From assembly GCA_049724395.1 (NCBI GenBank), contig JAUGWO010000107.1, forward strand, positions 62,001 through 126,000: a stretch of 64,000 bases of DNA, in the 5' to 3' direction. The position numbers were made by a program, and so were the translations under genes. Positions 63,076 to 64,000 of this stretch are shown here, in pieces; the stretch's first letter is position 1, and every line of letters begins with the position of its first letter. This stretch comes from Spongospora subterranea f. sp. subterranea (Eukaryota). The notes under the pieces were generated by a model that saw nothing but the letters and a program-made list of their open reading frames with translations, was not told the origin of the DNA and did not search any database.

Positions 63076-64000
63076 CTCTTCAATTGGAACGGACTGTTGT
63101 TCCGTGACTGGAGGCGCTAACGTTTTACTCACTAGAACTAATCCGGAGCGATTAGTTTGGTGTTACGGCGCTGCCCAAACCACGATTGATCGTTGGGCAA
63201 TGGTTCAGACATGAAGCGGAATAATCAATAGGGCAATCGATATTCCAAGCCTAGATACATGACCAGGGATCTAGATGACTGCTCTCTGACCTGGCTCAGA
63301 TGCACAATTCTCCTGACGGTCATCTCGATCGTAATCATTCCAACTTCGACGGTGGAGTTCGCCCAGAAGACCATATTCGGGTGCACGGGATGCCTGACAT
63401 TGATGGACCTTAGGGAAAATCAACAGCAAAAATCTCGATATTCGATTGGCCAGAACGTTATCAAGTATTTGGCGAACAATGGGCACTTTTTGGCACAGAA
63501 TATTGTGAAATATTATGGTGTAAGGTCGAAAGACGATGGCTTAATCAAAGATTTTCACGATTTTGAATCGAAATGCAAGAAACCGTTCTCGATGGATGAA
63601 GCCAAGCAGGTTGCACGGGAATTTGAGGCACATATGCAAATCCTGACAGCTCTTCAATGGTTTATTGAGGACAATGAAAGAAAACCCAGTGGTGACCTTA
63701 GGCAGCTTCATGCTGCCGTGAATTGCCATTCAATGATTGCCAGATCTTTAGAAATTCTGCCAAAACCTTTGGTTCAGTATCCTACCACACGTTTAATCGC
63801 ATTCGCGGTTGCCGCCTGGTTATTGATAGCTGTAATTAGCTGGAGGGGTTACGTCGCCGTTCATGCACTCTACCAACAAGAACCGGATCGATTCTTTGAC
63901 GGATATCAATACGCGCTCACGGTCTGGAGCAATTGCACAAATTGGGTTCTACAAACAGCACGAGACAATAATAAGGTCTCAGCCAGCGTTTGGGCGCCAA

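Overview
This is gene-dense eukaryotic nuclear DNA with many short (mostly ~50-60 nt) GT-AG introns. The gene content includes site-1 protease, an Integrator-5-like protein, an MGAT4-like transferase and a hevein/CBM18 protein. Together with the compact architecture, this fits a non-fungal protist, most plausibly a plasmodiophorid such as Spongospora or Polymyxa (inference, not provable here). About 17 host genes lie between 0.3 and 55 kb: MTG1-like GTPase, EF-hand protein, tandem-SET protein, NAA25, OST48, SFT2, PNUTS-like, S1P, ZIP transporter, INTS5-like, organellar TrpRS, C2H2 protein, MGAT4-like, a secreted orphan, a GT8-GT32 fusion, DIS3-like, Pex8-like, CBM18-tyrosinase and RNase Z. They are interspersed with a deleted Ty1/copia element, a decayed PIF/Harbinger element, foldback inverted repeats and tandem arrays. 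The last ~9 kb has no recognisable gene and is a repeat mosaic containing an 85-bp satellite. The most striking observation is a near full-length, frameshifted nucleoprotein gene of a plant-type (varicosavirus-like) negative-strand RNA rhabdovirus at ~6.07-7.28 kb. Other points of note are a 32-bp array forming a chain of AUGA-overlapped mini-ORFs that ends at a gene's start codon, two unusual domain fusions, and matching single-C frameshifts in two conserved genes. All family calls come from motifs recognised by eye; no database searches were run.
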